From Christensenellaceae bacterium (GTDB lineage Bacteria > Bacillota > Clostridia > Christensenellales > Borkfalkiaceae): a DNA stretch of 64,000 nt. The position numbers were made by a program, and so were the translations under genes. The notes under the pieces are model-generated. The model worked only from the letters and a program-made list of their open reading frames with translations, was not told where the DNA came from and searched no databases. How positions within the stretch are numbered: position 1 is the first letter of the stretch; every line of letters starts with the position of its first letter. The stretch spans positions 17,009 through 81,008 of the forward strand of contig JAZOMW010000006.1 of assembly GCA_045654225.1 (NCBI GenBank), read 5' to 3'. This document shows, piece after piece, positions 55,566-64,000 of the stretch.

Positions 55566-56078
55566 ATGGAATTTAATAAAGTTTTAGAGAGTAGATATTC
55601 AGTACGTGATTATAAGGATATTCCCGTAGAAGACGAAAAAATCGAGGCGATTTTAGACGCGGTTAAATACGCGCCAACCGCAAAAAACACTCAATGCCAA
55701 GAAATCTACGTTTTAAAAAGCAAAGAGGCAATTGAAAAAATTCGAGCCGTTACTAACAACGCTTTTAACGCTCCGCTCGTATTTATAACTTGCGCAAATT
55801 TAGATAGAGAGTGCCGTTTAAAATATCCGGTAAGAAGTTTTAAGGAAACGGACGTTTCAATAATTCAAACGTATATGATGCTTAAAGCAACGGAACTTGG
55901 GCTTGACAGTTGTTGGGTTTGCCGTTTTTTACCAGAAGAAGTTAAAAAGGCGTTTAATATGCCCGAAAACGTAGAGCCGTTAAACTTGCTTTTAGTTGGT
56001 TATAAGCAAGACGGCGTAGAGCCTAATTTTAGGCATTTAGAAAGGCTTAATAAAGAAGATTACGTAAAAACTGTATAA
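55566..56078 (+). CDS. Nitroreductase family protein
   Basis: LESRYSVRDY N-terminal motif. AAAGGAGA precedes ATG 55566. Confidence 0.8.
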   Translation: MEFNKVLESRYSVRDYKDIPVEDEKIEAILDAVKYAPTAKNTQCQEIYVLKSKEAIEKIRAVTNNAFNAPLVFITCANLDRECRLKYPVRSFKETDVSIIQTYMMLKATELGLDSCWVCRFLPEEVKKAFNMPENVEPLNLLLVGYKQDGVEPNFRHLERLNKEDYVKTV

Positions 56079-56094
56079 TATATATATTATACAA

Positions 56095-56136
56095 AAAATA
56101 AAAGGCAACGGAAATTTCCGTTGCCTTATTTTTTAT
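56095..56136. terminator. Bidirectional terminator (convergent nitroreductase gene and fba)
   Basis: The perfect 26-nt palindrome AAGGCAACGGAAA/TTTCCGTTGCCTT is flanked by A- and T-runs. Confidence 0.85.
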
Positions 56137-56164
56137 TTATTTGGACGCGTTAAAGCCGTCTATT

Positions 56165-57139
56165 TTATAAGCATTTATCGCCGTTACCGGCGCAACCTAA
56201 AACGTTAATGAGTTTGTGTTTAACAATGTCTTTAATAGTTGCTCTTGCAGGTTTTAAATATTCGCGTGGGTCAAATTTTTCAGGGTGTTCAATTAAGAAT
56301 TTTCTTAAAGTTGCAGTCATAGCAAGTCTAATATCAGAGTCGATGTTAATTTTGCACACTGCAAGCCTTGAAGCTTCTCTTAATTGTTCTTCTGGAACGC
56401 CTATTGCGTTAGGCATTTTACCGCCGAATTCGTTTACCATTTTAACGTATTCTTGTGGAACTGATGATGAGCCGTGTAATACGATAGGGAAGTTAGGTAA
56501 GCGTTTAGAAACTTCTTCTAAAATATCAAAGCGGAGTGCAGGTGGAACTAAAATGCCCTTTTCGTTTAAAGTGCATTGTTCAGGTTTAAACTTGTACGCG
56601 CCGTGTGAAGTGCCTATTGCAATTGCAAGAGAGTCAACACCCGTTTTAGTAACGAATTCTTCAACTTCTTCCGGTCTTGTATATGAGCCAACGTCATGTG
56701 CAACTTCGTCTTCAATACCAGCCAAAGTTCCAAGTTCACCTTCAACCGTTACACCGCGTTCGTGAGCGTAGTCAACTACTTTTTTAGTAAGTTCGATATT
56801 GTCTTTAAAACTGTGAGCAGAACCGTCAATCATAACGGAAGTGAAACCGCCGTCAATGCAAGACTTGCAAGTTTCAAAGTCAGGACCGTGGTCAAGGTGA
56901 AGAGCGATAGGAATTTCAGGGCATTCCTTAACTGCCGCTTCAACAAGTTTAACAAGGTAAGTGTGGTTAGCGTAAGCGCGCGCGCCTTTTGATACTTGCA
57001 AAATTACGGGTGCGTTTGCTTCTTTACACGCTTCCGTAATACCTTGAACGATTTCCATGTTGTTTACGTTAAAAGCGCCTACTGCGTAGCCGTTTTTGTA
57101 TGCGTGTTCAAACATTTTTTTAGTATTAACTAATGGCAT
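56165..57139 (-). CDS. fba: Fructose-1,6-bisphosphate aldolase, class II
   Basis: LHLDHG, HGSSSVP and about 320 aa. RBS GGGGGA. Confidence 0.95.
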   Translation of the reverse strand: MPLVNTKKMFEHAYKNGYAVGAFNVNNMEIVQGITEACKEANAPVILQVSKGARAYANHTYLVKLVEAAVKECPEIPIALHLDHGPDFETCKSCIDGGFTSVMIDGSAHSFKDNIELTKKVVDYAHERGVTVEGELGTLAGIEDEVAHDVGSYTRPEEVEEFVTKTGVDSLAIAIGTSHGAYKFKPEQCTLNEKGILVPPALRFDILEEVSKRLPNFPIVLHGSSSVPQEYVKMVNEFGGKMPNAIGVPEEQLREASRLAVCKINIDSDIRLAMTATLRKFLIEHPEKFDPREYLKPARATIKDIVKHKLINVLGCAGNGDKCL

Positions 57140-57362
57140 AATAAATTCCCCCTACGTGAGTTTAATTTTTTTATTTTCAATTTAGTATTATACACTAATT
57201 TTTTTTAAAGAGCAATTAAAAAATGGAACTTTATAAAAATTAACTCATTTTTTTGCGTTTTTGTTCTTTAAGTATAAAATTTAAACGGCGCGTCAATAAT
57301 TATAATAACAAAAGCGCCCTAAAATACATACGATATAACGGGGCTTACTATATAGGTGATTT

Positions 57363-57716
57363 ATGATTAAACGCGGAGAACTCTATTACGCGGATTTAAG
57401 CCCTGTTGTCGGCAGTGAACAAGGTGGTGTTAGACCGGTGCTCGTCGTACAAAACGACGTAGGCAACAAATACAGTCCTACCGTTATAGCCGCCGCTGTA
57501 ACGAGCAAGATAAACAAGGCTAAACTTCCAACGCACATAGAATTAGACGCAATAAAATACGGGCTTTTAAAAGATTCCGTAGTATTGCTTGAACAAATAA
57601 GAACTATTGATAAACGTAGGCTAAAAGAAAGAATAGGAATACTGCCCGAAACTACTATGAAAGCAGTTGACGACGCTCTCTTAATTAGTTTAGGATTTAT
57701 AGAAAAAGCATATTAA
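57363..57716 (+). CDS. mazF: MazF/PemK (EndoA-like) endoribonuclease toxin
   Basis: [31 protein letters not shown]...IRTIDKRRL, very close to the EndoA/MazF pattern. RBS AGGTGA. Confidence 0.9.
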   Translation: MIKRGELYYADLSPVVGSEQGGVRPVLVVQNDVGNKYSPTVIAAAVTSKINKAKLPTHIELDAIKYGLLKDSVVLLEQIRTIDKRRLKERIGILPETTMKAVDDALLISLGFIEKAY

Positions 57717-57726
57717 ATTCTCGCTT

Positions 57727-57756
57727 TTAAAGCGAGAATTTTTTTAATAAAAATAA
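57727..57756 (+). terminator. Intrinsic terminator after mazF
   Basis: ATTCTCGCT-tttaa-AGCGAGAAT-TTTTTTT. Confidence 0.85.
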
Positions 57757-57892
57757 TGATTATTTTTGGCAGTTTGCTTTAAATTATTGTAATTTAAAAA
57801 ATAGTGTGGTATAATTAGGTAAACTATGATGGCGTAGTGTTGCTTAAAAACACCGTTAGGTTTATTTTCCACTTATAAAAGGAGGGATTGTT

Positions 57893-58369
57893 ATGAAGAA
57901 TAATAAAGTACTTCAAATCGTTATTAGTGCAGTTGTGCTTGCGTTAGTAGTAGTGTTAGCGGCAGTAGTAGGTATTCTTATTGAAACGGGTGTTATCAAA
58001 ACGGAAATTTCTTCGTTTTTAGTAATGCTTTGCATTTTACTTCTCGGCTCGGGTTTCTACGTTACCGTATATTCTATCGCTATAAAGGGCGGTTACGAAT
58101 TTGCTGTCGGCTCGCTCGTGCTTACGGTTGGCGTTGTGGTATTGCTCGTAGTTTTAAAAGTTTTTTGGGCAATAATTTTAATTGTTTCATTAGCAATGCT
58201 TGCGTTAGTAGTTTTAGGTTCGCTTTTATTAAAGGCAAAGCCTTTAACTATCGTAAGAACTGATGAAAAAGAAGATTTTGTGCCTTATATGGAACGCATT
58301 AAACAAGAAAAGGAAAAAGAAAAGGAAGAAGAAGGCGAAATGCCAACTTTAAAATCTTTTAAGGATTAA
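57893..58369 (+). CDS. Hypothetical membrane protein (4 TM spans, Lys/Glu-rich tail)
   Basis: RBS AAAGGAGGG and hydrophobic spans, then KQEKEKEKEEEGE. Confidence 0.6.
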   Translation: MKNNKVLQIVISAVVLALVVVLAAVVGILIETGVIKTEISSFLVMLCILLLGSGFYVTVYSIAIKGGYEFAVGSLVLTVGVVVLLVVLKVFWAIILIVSLAMLALVVLGSLLLKAKPLTIVRTDEKEDFVPYMERIKQEKEKEKEEEGEMPTLKSFKD

Positions 58370-58386
58370 ATTTAAAGGAATATATT

Positions 58387-59838
58387 ATGGATAAAAGAAA
58401 TTTAACGCTACTTACGGACCTTTATCAACTTACTATGATGAACGGATATTTAAAGAAAGACAAGTGTAACGAGTGGGTTGTTTTCGACGTGTTTTTTAGA
58501 CAAAACGAACTTATAACCTATTCGCTTTTTGCAGGTCTTGAACAAGCCGTTGATTATATAACGAACATTAGTTTTGACAGTAGCGATATAGAGTACTTAA
58601 AGAGTTTGAACTTGTTTAACGACGAGTTTTTAAACTACTTGTCTAATATGAAATTTTCTGGCGACGTTTACGCCGTTAAAGAAGGAACGATGGTTTTTCC
58701 AGGCGAGCCTATTTTAACGGTAAAAGCGCCTATTATGGAAGCGCAATTTATTGAAACTGCCATATTAAACATTTTAAACCATCAAACGCTTATTGCGTCG
58801 AAAGCCGCAAAAGTTTGCTATTCGGCAAAAGGCGATAACGTTATGGAATTCGGTTTAAGAAGAGCGCAAGGACCGGACGCGGGCATTTACGGCGCGCGCG
58901 CGGCTATTATAGGCGGTTGCAATTCAACGAGTAACGTTTTAGCGGCAAAGGAATTCGACGTTCCCGTATCTGGCACTCACGCACATAGTTGGGTTATGAA
59001 TTTTGACAGTGAATACGAAGCGTTCAAAGCGTACGCGGAGTGCTATCCTAACGCCGTTTTGCTTTTAGTTGACACTTACGATACGTTAAGAAGCGGTATT
59101 CCAAACGCGATAAAAGTATTTAAAGAAGTTAAGGAAAAGGGTGGAAAACCGCTTGGAATAAGGCTTGATAGCGGGGATTTAGCGTACTTAACTAAAAAAG
59201 CACGCCAAATGCTTGACGAGGCGGGTTTTGAGGACGCTATAATTTGCGCTAGCGGTGATTTAGACGAAAAACTTATTCAATCCTTAAAAATTCAAGGCGC
59301 TAAAATCAATTCTTGGGGTATAGGCACTAAACTTATTACGAGTGCCGATATGCCTGCGCTTGGCGGTGTTTATAAACTTGCGGGCGTAGTTAATAAGGAC
59401 GGGTCTATTACGCCAAAAATTAAAGTTAGTGAAAGCGCGGTTAAAATAACTAATCCAGGCTTTAAGAAAATTATTAGAATTTACGATAAGGAAAGTAACA
59501 AAGCGGAGGCCGATTTAATTATGCTTTTCGACGAGCAAATTGACGAAAGTAAACCGCTTACTATAACTCATCCTATCGACACTTGGAAAAAAATTACTTT
59601 TACAAATTATTATGTAAAAACTTTAACTACTCAAATAATTTCAAAGGGTAAAGTAATTTATGAAATGCCTAAACTTAAACAAATTGCAAGTTACGCAAAA
59701 AGCGAAATGGCAACTTTTTGGGACGAATATTTAAGAATTGATAGCCCGCATATATATAAAGTTGACTTGTCTGATAAACTTTTAGCATTAAAAACTAAAA
59801 TGTTATCAAGCGTAAAAAAAAGGAACTGTAAAAAATGA
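58387..59838 (+). CDS. pncB: Nicotinate phosphoribosyltransferase
   Basis: LTDLYQLTMMNGY N-terminus and about 480 aa. Confidence 0.9.
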   Translation: MDKRNLTLLTDLYQLTMMNGYLKKDKCNEWVVFDVFFRQNELITYSLFAGLEQAVDYITNISFDSSDIEYLKSLNLFNDEFLNYLSNMKFSGDVYAVKEGTMVFPGEPILTVKAPIMEAQFIETAILNILNHQTLIASKAAKVCYSAKGDNVMEFGLRRAQGPDAGIYGARAAIIGGCNSTSNVLAAKEFDVPVSGTHAHSWVMNFDSEYEAFKAYAECYPNAVLLLVDTYDTLRSGIPNAIKVFKEVKEKGGKPLGIRLDSGDLAYLTKKARQMLDEAGFEDAIICASGDLDEKLIQSLKIQGAKINSWGIGTKLITSADMPALGGVYKLAGVVNKDGSITPKIKVSESAVKITNPGFKKIIRIYDKESNKAEADLIMLFDEQIDESKPLTITHPIDTWKKITFTNYYVKTLTTQIISKGKVIYEMPKLKQIASYAKSEMATFWDEYLRIDSPHIYKVDLSDKLLALKTKMLSSVKKRNCKK

Positions 59839-60263
59839 AAGAAATTAAAAAAGGCACAAAGAGTATTGAAAACCAAATAGTTGAAAATGCAAAAATGCGT
59901 GCAAGAATTATAACGAATTCCGCGCGTGAGCAGTATAAGGCGGAAGTTGACGTTTTAAAACTCTTTATTGACAAATGGAATAGTTTTGTAAACGAAACGG
60001 TTAAAAGTTATCCAAGCGACAAAACGCGTAAACTCGTTGCCGTTGCCGATATGATTAAGGAAATTTTACAAAATGACGACGTTTCTAGTTTGTCAAACAA
60101 ACAAAAAATTGAAGAAATTTATAAATTGACGGAAGGTGTAGTGGCTCAAAACCGTTCCTTATACGGCGTTAGCGACAACGGCTTTGATATGGAAGAAGTG
60201 CTTAATCCAAAGGGGAATTTAGACCTTATGGAACTTTGTAAAGAATTAGGGGTGACAGAGTAA
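59835..60263 (+). CDS. Hypothetical coiled-coil protein (possibly DivIVA-related)
   Basis: 142 aa and predicted helical. The C-terminal GFDMEEVLNPKGNLDLMELCKELG resembles tails of DivIVA-like proteins as I remember them. Its position before lspA-rluD parallels the Bacillus divIVA...lspA region. Confidence 0.4.
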   Translation: MKEIKKGTKSIENQIVENAKMRARIITNSAREQYKAEVDVLKLFIDKWNSFVNETVKSYPSDKTRKLVAVADMIKEILQNDDVSSLSNKQKIEEIYKLTEGVVAQNRSLYGVSDNGFDMEEVLNPKGNLDLMELCKELGVTE

Positions 60264-60772
60264 TGTTTTATATCGTTTTGGCTATCGTAGTAGTTTTAGT
60301 TTTAACTCTTGACTTCGTTACAAAATGTTTATCCGTTACGCTTGATTTTAACTTCGTAGTTATTCCTAACGTTTTAAAGTTCGTTCAAACCTACAACACT
60401 GGCGCAGCCTTTGGTATTCTTGACGATAAAGCGTGGGGAAGATACTTTTTTATAACGCTAACGATTTTAGCGTGCCTTGCAATAATAGGCTTTTTCGTGT
60501 TTAATATCGTAAAAAAGAAAAAACTTTCTAAATGGGTAGGCGTTGCTTTATCGCTTATATTTTCGGGCGCGATAGGTAACTTGTACGATAGAATATTTAT
60601 AGGAAAAGTTCGTGATTTTATATTCTTTTTCTATAATACCAAAATTTTTCCGTTCATATTTAACGTTGCCGATTCCGCGCTAGTAATAGGCGTTATTATG
60701 CTAATAGTTTATATGCTTTTTTTAGAAAAGGACGCGGTATTTAAAGTAAGGAATAAGCGAGATGGAAATTAA
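60263..60772 (+). CDS. lspA: Lipoprotein signal peptidase (signal peptidase II)
   Basis: NTGAAFG and FNVADS motifs, with 4 TM spans. Confidence 0.9.
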   Translation: MFYIVLAIVVVLVLTLDFVTKCLSVTLDFNFVVIPNVLKFVQTYNTGAAFGILDDKAWGRYFFITLTILACLAIIGFFVFNIVKKKKLSKWVGVALSLIFSGAIGNLYDRIFIGKVRDFIFFFYNTKIFPFIFNVADSALVIGVIMLIVYMLFLEKDAVFKVRNKRDGN

Positions 60773-61664
60773 GCAAATTACGGTTGAAACGAGTGGTGAG
60801 CGAGCGGACGTTTATTTAAGTGGCGCGCTTGACTACACGCGTTCACGCATTAAAAAATTGCTTGACGACGGGCTTGCTACTATAAATGGAAAGGCGGTAA
60901 AACCGCGCGATATTTTAAAGCAAGGTAGCGTTGTTGAAATTCAAATTAACGAGCCGTCGCCTTTACTTGTAAAGGCGGTTGATATTCCGCTAGATATAAT
61001 TTATGAAGATAGTGACGTTGCCGTTATAAATAAGCAACAAGGTTTAACCGTTCACGCAGGTAACGGCACGGGTGACGATACTTTGGTAAACGCGCTTTTA
61101 TATAAGTTAGACAGTTTAAGCGGTATAAACGGAGTTATAAGACCTGGTATAGTACATAGAATTGATAAAGACACTTCGGGTTTATTAGTAGTTGCTAAAA
61201 ACGACAAGGCGCATTTAAGTTTAGCAAGCCAAATTTCAAACAAGACTTGTAAAAGAGTTTACGTTGCGCTTTTAGAAGGCAATTTAAAAAGCGATAGCGG
61301 AGTGGTTGACACGTTTATTAGTCGTTCAACTAAAAATAGGACTATGATGGCGGTTTCAAGTAGCGGTAGAAACGCCGTAACCGAATATAAAGTTTTACAA
61401 AGGTTTGAAGGCTATACGCTTTGTGAATTTAGTCTAAAAACGGGTAGAACGCACCAAATACGCGTTCACGCAAAGCATTTAGGGCATCCCGTAGTAGGTG
61501 ATTTAGTTTACGGATATAAAGCAAATAAATTTGATTTAAAAGGTCAACTTTTACACGCCAAAGAACTCTCGTTTATTCATCCAAGCACGAATAAGCAAGT
61601 GACTTTTAGCGCACCGCTACCAAGCCACTTTGAGCAAGTGTTAAAAAAATTGAGAAAAGTTTAA
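60762..61664 (+). CDS. rluD: 23S rRNA pseudouridine synthase, RluD (RluA family)
   Basis: An S4 N-terminus and the catalytic HRIDKDTSGLLVVAKN. lspA-rluD-pyrR synteny is present. Confidence 0.9.
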   Translation: MEIKQITVETSGERADVYLSGALDYTRSRIKKLLDDGLATINGKAVKPRDILKQGSVVEIQINEPSPLLVKAVDIPLDIIYEDSDVAVINKQQGLTVHAGNGTGDDTLVNALLYKLDSLSGINGVIRPGIVHRIDKDTSGLLVVAKNDKAHLSLASQISNKTCKRVYVALLEGNLKSDSGVVDTFISRSTKNRTMMAVSSSGRNAVTEYKVLQRFEGYTLCEFSLKTGRTHQIRVHAKHLGHPVVGDLVYGYKANKFDLKGQLLHAKELSFIHPSTNKQVTFSAPLPSHFEQVLKKLRKV

Positions 61665-61673
61665 ATTTGAGTA

Positions 61674-61702
61674 TTGACACGTTTTAACACGTGTTGTATA
61701 AT
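61674..61702 (+). promoter_or_regulatory. Consensus sigma-A promoter of the pyr leader
   Basis: TTGACA (61674-61679), 17-nt spacer, TATAAT (61697-61702). Confidence 0.7.
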
Positions 61703-61802
61703 TTAATGGTAAAGTCTTTAAATAAGTACTGTGATACTTTCAAGGCCGACCACATTTTATGCGATAATTTCTAGCGCCTTGTAACGTACAAGGCGTTTTT
61801 TA
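61703..61802 (+). promoter_or_regulatory. PyrR-type transcription attenuator (binding hairpin plus terminator)
   Basis: GUCUUUAA-hairpin(AAGUA-cuguga-UACUU)-UCAAGGCC resembles the PyrR-binding loop context. The terminator CGCCTTGTA-acg-TACAAGGCG-T6 lies at 61775-61802. Confidence 0.6.
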
Positions 61803-61812
61803 TTGGGTAATT

Positions 61813-62349
61813 ATGAAAGAAAAAACTATATTAATGGATGAAATGGCGCAAAACAGAGCGCTTTATAGAATATCTCACGAAATTATCGAGAAAAACAAGG
61901 GCGCGGAAAATTTAGTGCTTTTGGGTATTCGCACGCGCGGTATTCCTATGGCTAAAAGGCTTAAAAACAATATATATAACATTGAAAAAGTTGACGTTCC
62001 GCTTGACACGATAGACATAACTTTATACCGTGATGATTTAACTGAAATTGAAAGTATGCCCGCGTCGAAAGGCGAAAATTTAAAGGTTGAAGTTAAGGGT
62101 AAACACGTAGTTTTATGCGATGACGTTTTATATACGGGTAGAACTGCGCGCGCAGCAATAGAAGCGGTTTTAAAAGCGGGCAGACCGCAAAGCATACAAC
62201 TTGCCGTTTTAGTTGACCGCGGGCATAGAGAACTTCCTATTAGGGCGGACTACGTTGGAAAAAATATTCCAACTTCTATAAGCGAAGTGGTTGCCGTTAA
62301 ATTTAGCGAGGTTGACGGCGAAAACGTAGTAAAACTTTACGAAAATTAA
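61813..62349 (+). CDS. pyrR: Bifunctional pyr operon regulator / uracil phosphoribosyltransferase PyrR
   Basis: 178 aa with the PRPP motif VVLCDDVLYTGRTARAA. Confidence 0.9.
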   Translation: MKEKTILMDEMAQNRALYRISHEIIEKNKGAENLVLLGIRTRGIPMAKRLKNNIYNIEKVDVPLDTIDITLYRDDLTEIESMPASKGENLKVEVKGKHVVLCDDVLYTGRTARAAIEAVLKAGRPQSIQLAVLVDRGHRELPIRADYVGKNIPTSISEVVAVKFSEVDGENVVKLYEN

Positions 62350-62406
62350 GAACTTTACGGCTAAAACCGTTAAGAAATAATATTTTATACAAAGGAGAGT
62401 ATAATT

Positions 62407-63741
62407 ATGAAACTCGTTTACAAAGTAAGCGATAAACCAGGTCTTTTAAAAACCATTGTTTTCGCATTACAACAAATGCTTGCTATTTTAGCGGCAACGA
62501 TTGCAGTTCCTGCTATTATAGGAAACGGGATGTCACAATCCGCTGCACTTTTCGGCGCGGGTGTTGGAACGCTCGTTTATCTTTTATTTACTAAATTTAA
62601 GAGCCCCGTATTCCTTGGTTCGTCGTTTGCGTTCCTTGGTTCAATGGGCGCTGCTTTTTCAGGCGCGGCAAGCGTGTCGGTTGGTTATCTCGGTTTAATC
62701 ATAGGTGCAATTTTAGCAGGTTTAGTTTACGTTGTTATAGCACTCGTAGTTAAATTTGCAGGCACTAACTGGATTGATAAAATTATGCCAGCAGCGGTTA
62801 TCGGCCCTACGGTTGCTATTATCGGTTTATCACTTGCAGGAAACGCTGCGGGCGACCTTTTAAAAGGTAGCGTTACTGAAATGGTTAACGGTACGGCAGT
62901 TCCTACTGCTTCTCCATACGTTGCCCTTATTTGCGGTTTAGTTACTTTATTTACTACTATCGTATGTTCAGTTTACGGCAAAAAGATGCTTAAAATGATT
63001 CCGTTTATTATCGGTATCGTTGCAGGTTATATCGTTGCTTCAATCTTTACGGTTATCGGTATTTTAGCCGAAGTTCCTGCTTTACAAGTTATAAACTTTG
63101 GTTTATTTGCTAATATGGAATGGATTCCAAAATTTACTTTCCGTGAAGCGTTTAAAGGTTTTGAAGGCTTTACGTTTACGTACTTTATCACTGTTTTAGT
63201 TGCTTACGTTCCCGTTGCTTTCGTAGTATTTGCAGAACACTTATCCGACCATAAAAACATTTCTTCTATCATTGAAACAGACCTTACAAAAGACCCTGGT
63301 CTTCACCGTACTTTACTTGGTGACGGCGTTGGCTCTATTGCAGGTGCGTTCTTTGGCGGATGTCCTAACACTACTTACGGCGAATCAGTTGGTTGCGTAG
63401 CAATTTCTGGTAATGCTTCCATTGTAACTATCTTTACTACGGCTATTATTTGTTTAGTTGCGTCTTTCGTTGGTCCTTTCGTAACGTTCCTTGCTACAAT
63501 TCCAAGTTGCGTAATGGGTGGCGTTTGCGTTGCTCTTTACGGCTTTATAGCAGTATCTGGTCTTAAAATGATTCAAAAAGTTGACCTTAACGATAATAGA
63601 AATCTCTTCACCGTTTCAGTTATTTTAATTGCAGGTGTTGGCGGTTTAACTCTTTCTTTCGGCGCTGTAACAATTACTTCTATTGCTTGTGCTCTTATTT
63701 TAGGTATTATTACTAATATCGTAGTTAATATTAAAAAATAA
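62407..63741 (+). CDS. pyrP: Uracil permease (NCS2 family)
   Basis: A polytopic protein of about 440 aa with an NCS2 pattern. It follows pyrR as in Bacillus. RBS AAAGGAGAG. Confidence 0.85.
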   Translation: MKLVYKVSDKPGLLKTIVFALQQMLAILAATIAVPAIIGNGMSQSAALFGAGVGTLVYLLFTKFKSPVFLGSSFAFLGSMGAAFSGAASVSVGYLGLIIGAILAGLVYVVIALVVKFAGTNWIDKIMPAAVIGPTVAIIGLSLAGNAAGDLLKGSVTEMVNGTAVPTASPYVALICGLVTLFTTIVCSVYGKKMLKMIPFIIGIVAGYIVASIFTVIGILAEVPALQVINFGLFANMEWIPKFTFREAFKGFEGFTFTYFITVLVAYVPVAFVVFAEHLSDHKNISSIIETDLTKDPGLHRTLLGDGVGSIAGAFFGGCPNTTYGESVGCVAISGNASIVTIFTTAIICLVASFVGPFVTFLATIPSCVMGGVCVALYGFIAVSGLKMIQKVDLNDNRNLFTVSVILIAGVGGLTLSFGAVTITSIACALILGIITNIVVNIKK

Positions 63742-63762
63742 GAAAGATAATTAAAAAGAAAA

Positions 63763-63789
63763 ACGCGTTATTTTTAACGCGTTTTTTTT
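63763..63789 (+). terminator. Intrinsic terminator after pyrP
   Basis: ACGCGTTA-tttt-TAACGCGT-TTTTTTT. Confidence 0.8.
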
Positions 63790-63861
63790 AACGTCTATTG
63801 ACACTTTTATAGTTTTTAAGTATAATTATAGTATATAAACATAAATTAAAAGGGGACGATT

Positions 63862-64000
63862 ATGGCATTAAAAATAAAAAAAATATTTAACACAAACAAA
63901 ACTAAAAACTTTTGGCTTTATATCGTTTTAGGCGCGCTTTTTACTATTGTTGCCGTAATGCTTATGCCGTTTTGGAAAGATTTTAATATCGACGTGTTTT
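63862..64000 (+). CDS. Hypothetical membrane protein (partial, N-terminal 46 codons only)
   Basis: ATG 63862 has GGGGA upstream. The translation is MALKIKKIFNTNKTKNFWLYIVLGALFTIVAVMLMPFWKDFNIDVF, and it runs off the window. Confidence 0.4.
   Translation, partial: MALKIKKIFNTNKTKNFWLYIVLGALFTIVAVMLMPFWKDFNIDVF

Noticed and set aside
56208-56765. A 185-aa plus-strand ORF (and 56696-56992) antisense to fba.
   Set aside because: The Ser/Thr/Pro-rich translation is typical of the mirror frame of a strongly codon-biased gene. There is no RBS, and fba on the other strand is unambiguous.
57253-57366. A 37-codon TTG-initiated frame whose TGA overlaps the mazF ATG (ATGA), considered as a mini-antitoxin.
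   Set aside because: It has no Shine-Dalgarno sequence and a non-ATG start. The basic, low-complexity sequence (MRFCSLSIKFKRRVNNYNNK...) is far shorter than RHH or AbrB-type MazE proteins. I kept it only as a caveat in the mazF finding.
62350-62406. The hairpin CTTTACGG-ctaaaa-CCGTTAAG between pyrR and pyrP, considered as a second PyrR attenuator.
   Set aside because: The 57-nt spacer is too short for a binding loop plus antiterminator plus terminator. The stem has a mismatch, and no U-run follows it.

Overview
AT-rich Bacillota chromosome segment, probably from a Clostridia-like endospore former, since cwlD, sigH, yabP/yabQ and divIC are present. It holds about 65 tightly packed protein genes, almost all housekeeping. 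From left to right: (1) an ABC exporter pair with an unusual fused ATPase; (2) a Re-citrate synthase / aconitase / isocitrate dehydrogenase operon with a divergent LysR regulator; (3) serA-serC and a type III glutamine synthetase; (4) cwlD-mrnC-rlmB-sigH-dnaX-ybaB-recR, a pseudouridine synthase and a serine hydrolase; (5) a Trp T-box controlling a lone trpB, preceded by a degenerate carbamoyltransferase-fold gene; (6) an MsmX-like ATPase, HAD hydrolase, CaCA antiporter, alr, an orphan Cys-containing protein, a metallophosphoesterase and a PfoR-like membrane protein; (7) yabP-yabQ-divIC-ppx; (8) marR-degV; (9) gyrB-gyrA; (10) a small two-gene cassette bracketed by a duplicated gyrA terminator; (11) dnaA-mnmG-(54-codon ORF)-dabb transcribed as one unit, divergent from recF; (12) a BFD-like gene and a 482-aa orphan; (13) a purine-riboswitch operon with xpt and a BMP-family nucleoside ABC importer; (14) minDE, a nitroreductase, fba and a solo mazF; (15) pncB, lspA-rluD and the PyrR attenuator with pyrR-pyrP. 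I recognised no rRNA, tRNA, CRISPR array, transposase, integrase, reverse transcriptase or phage gene. I found no clear-cut new multi-gene system. The points most worth a second look are the direct-repeat-flanked SLOG/XRE cassette at the gyrA 3' end, the non-canonical dnaA neighbourhood, the degenerate carbamoyltransferase-fold protein, the membrane-domain-ABC ATPase fusion, an unclassified ~186-nt structured non-coding element, and the antitoxin-less mazF. Every call rests on reading the sequence and the supplied translations by eye. No database search or folding program was run.
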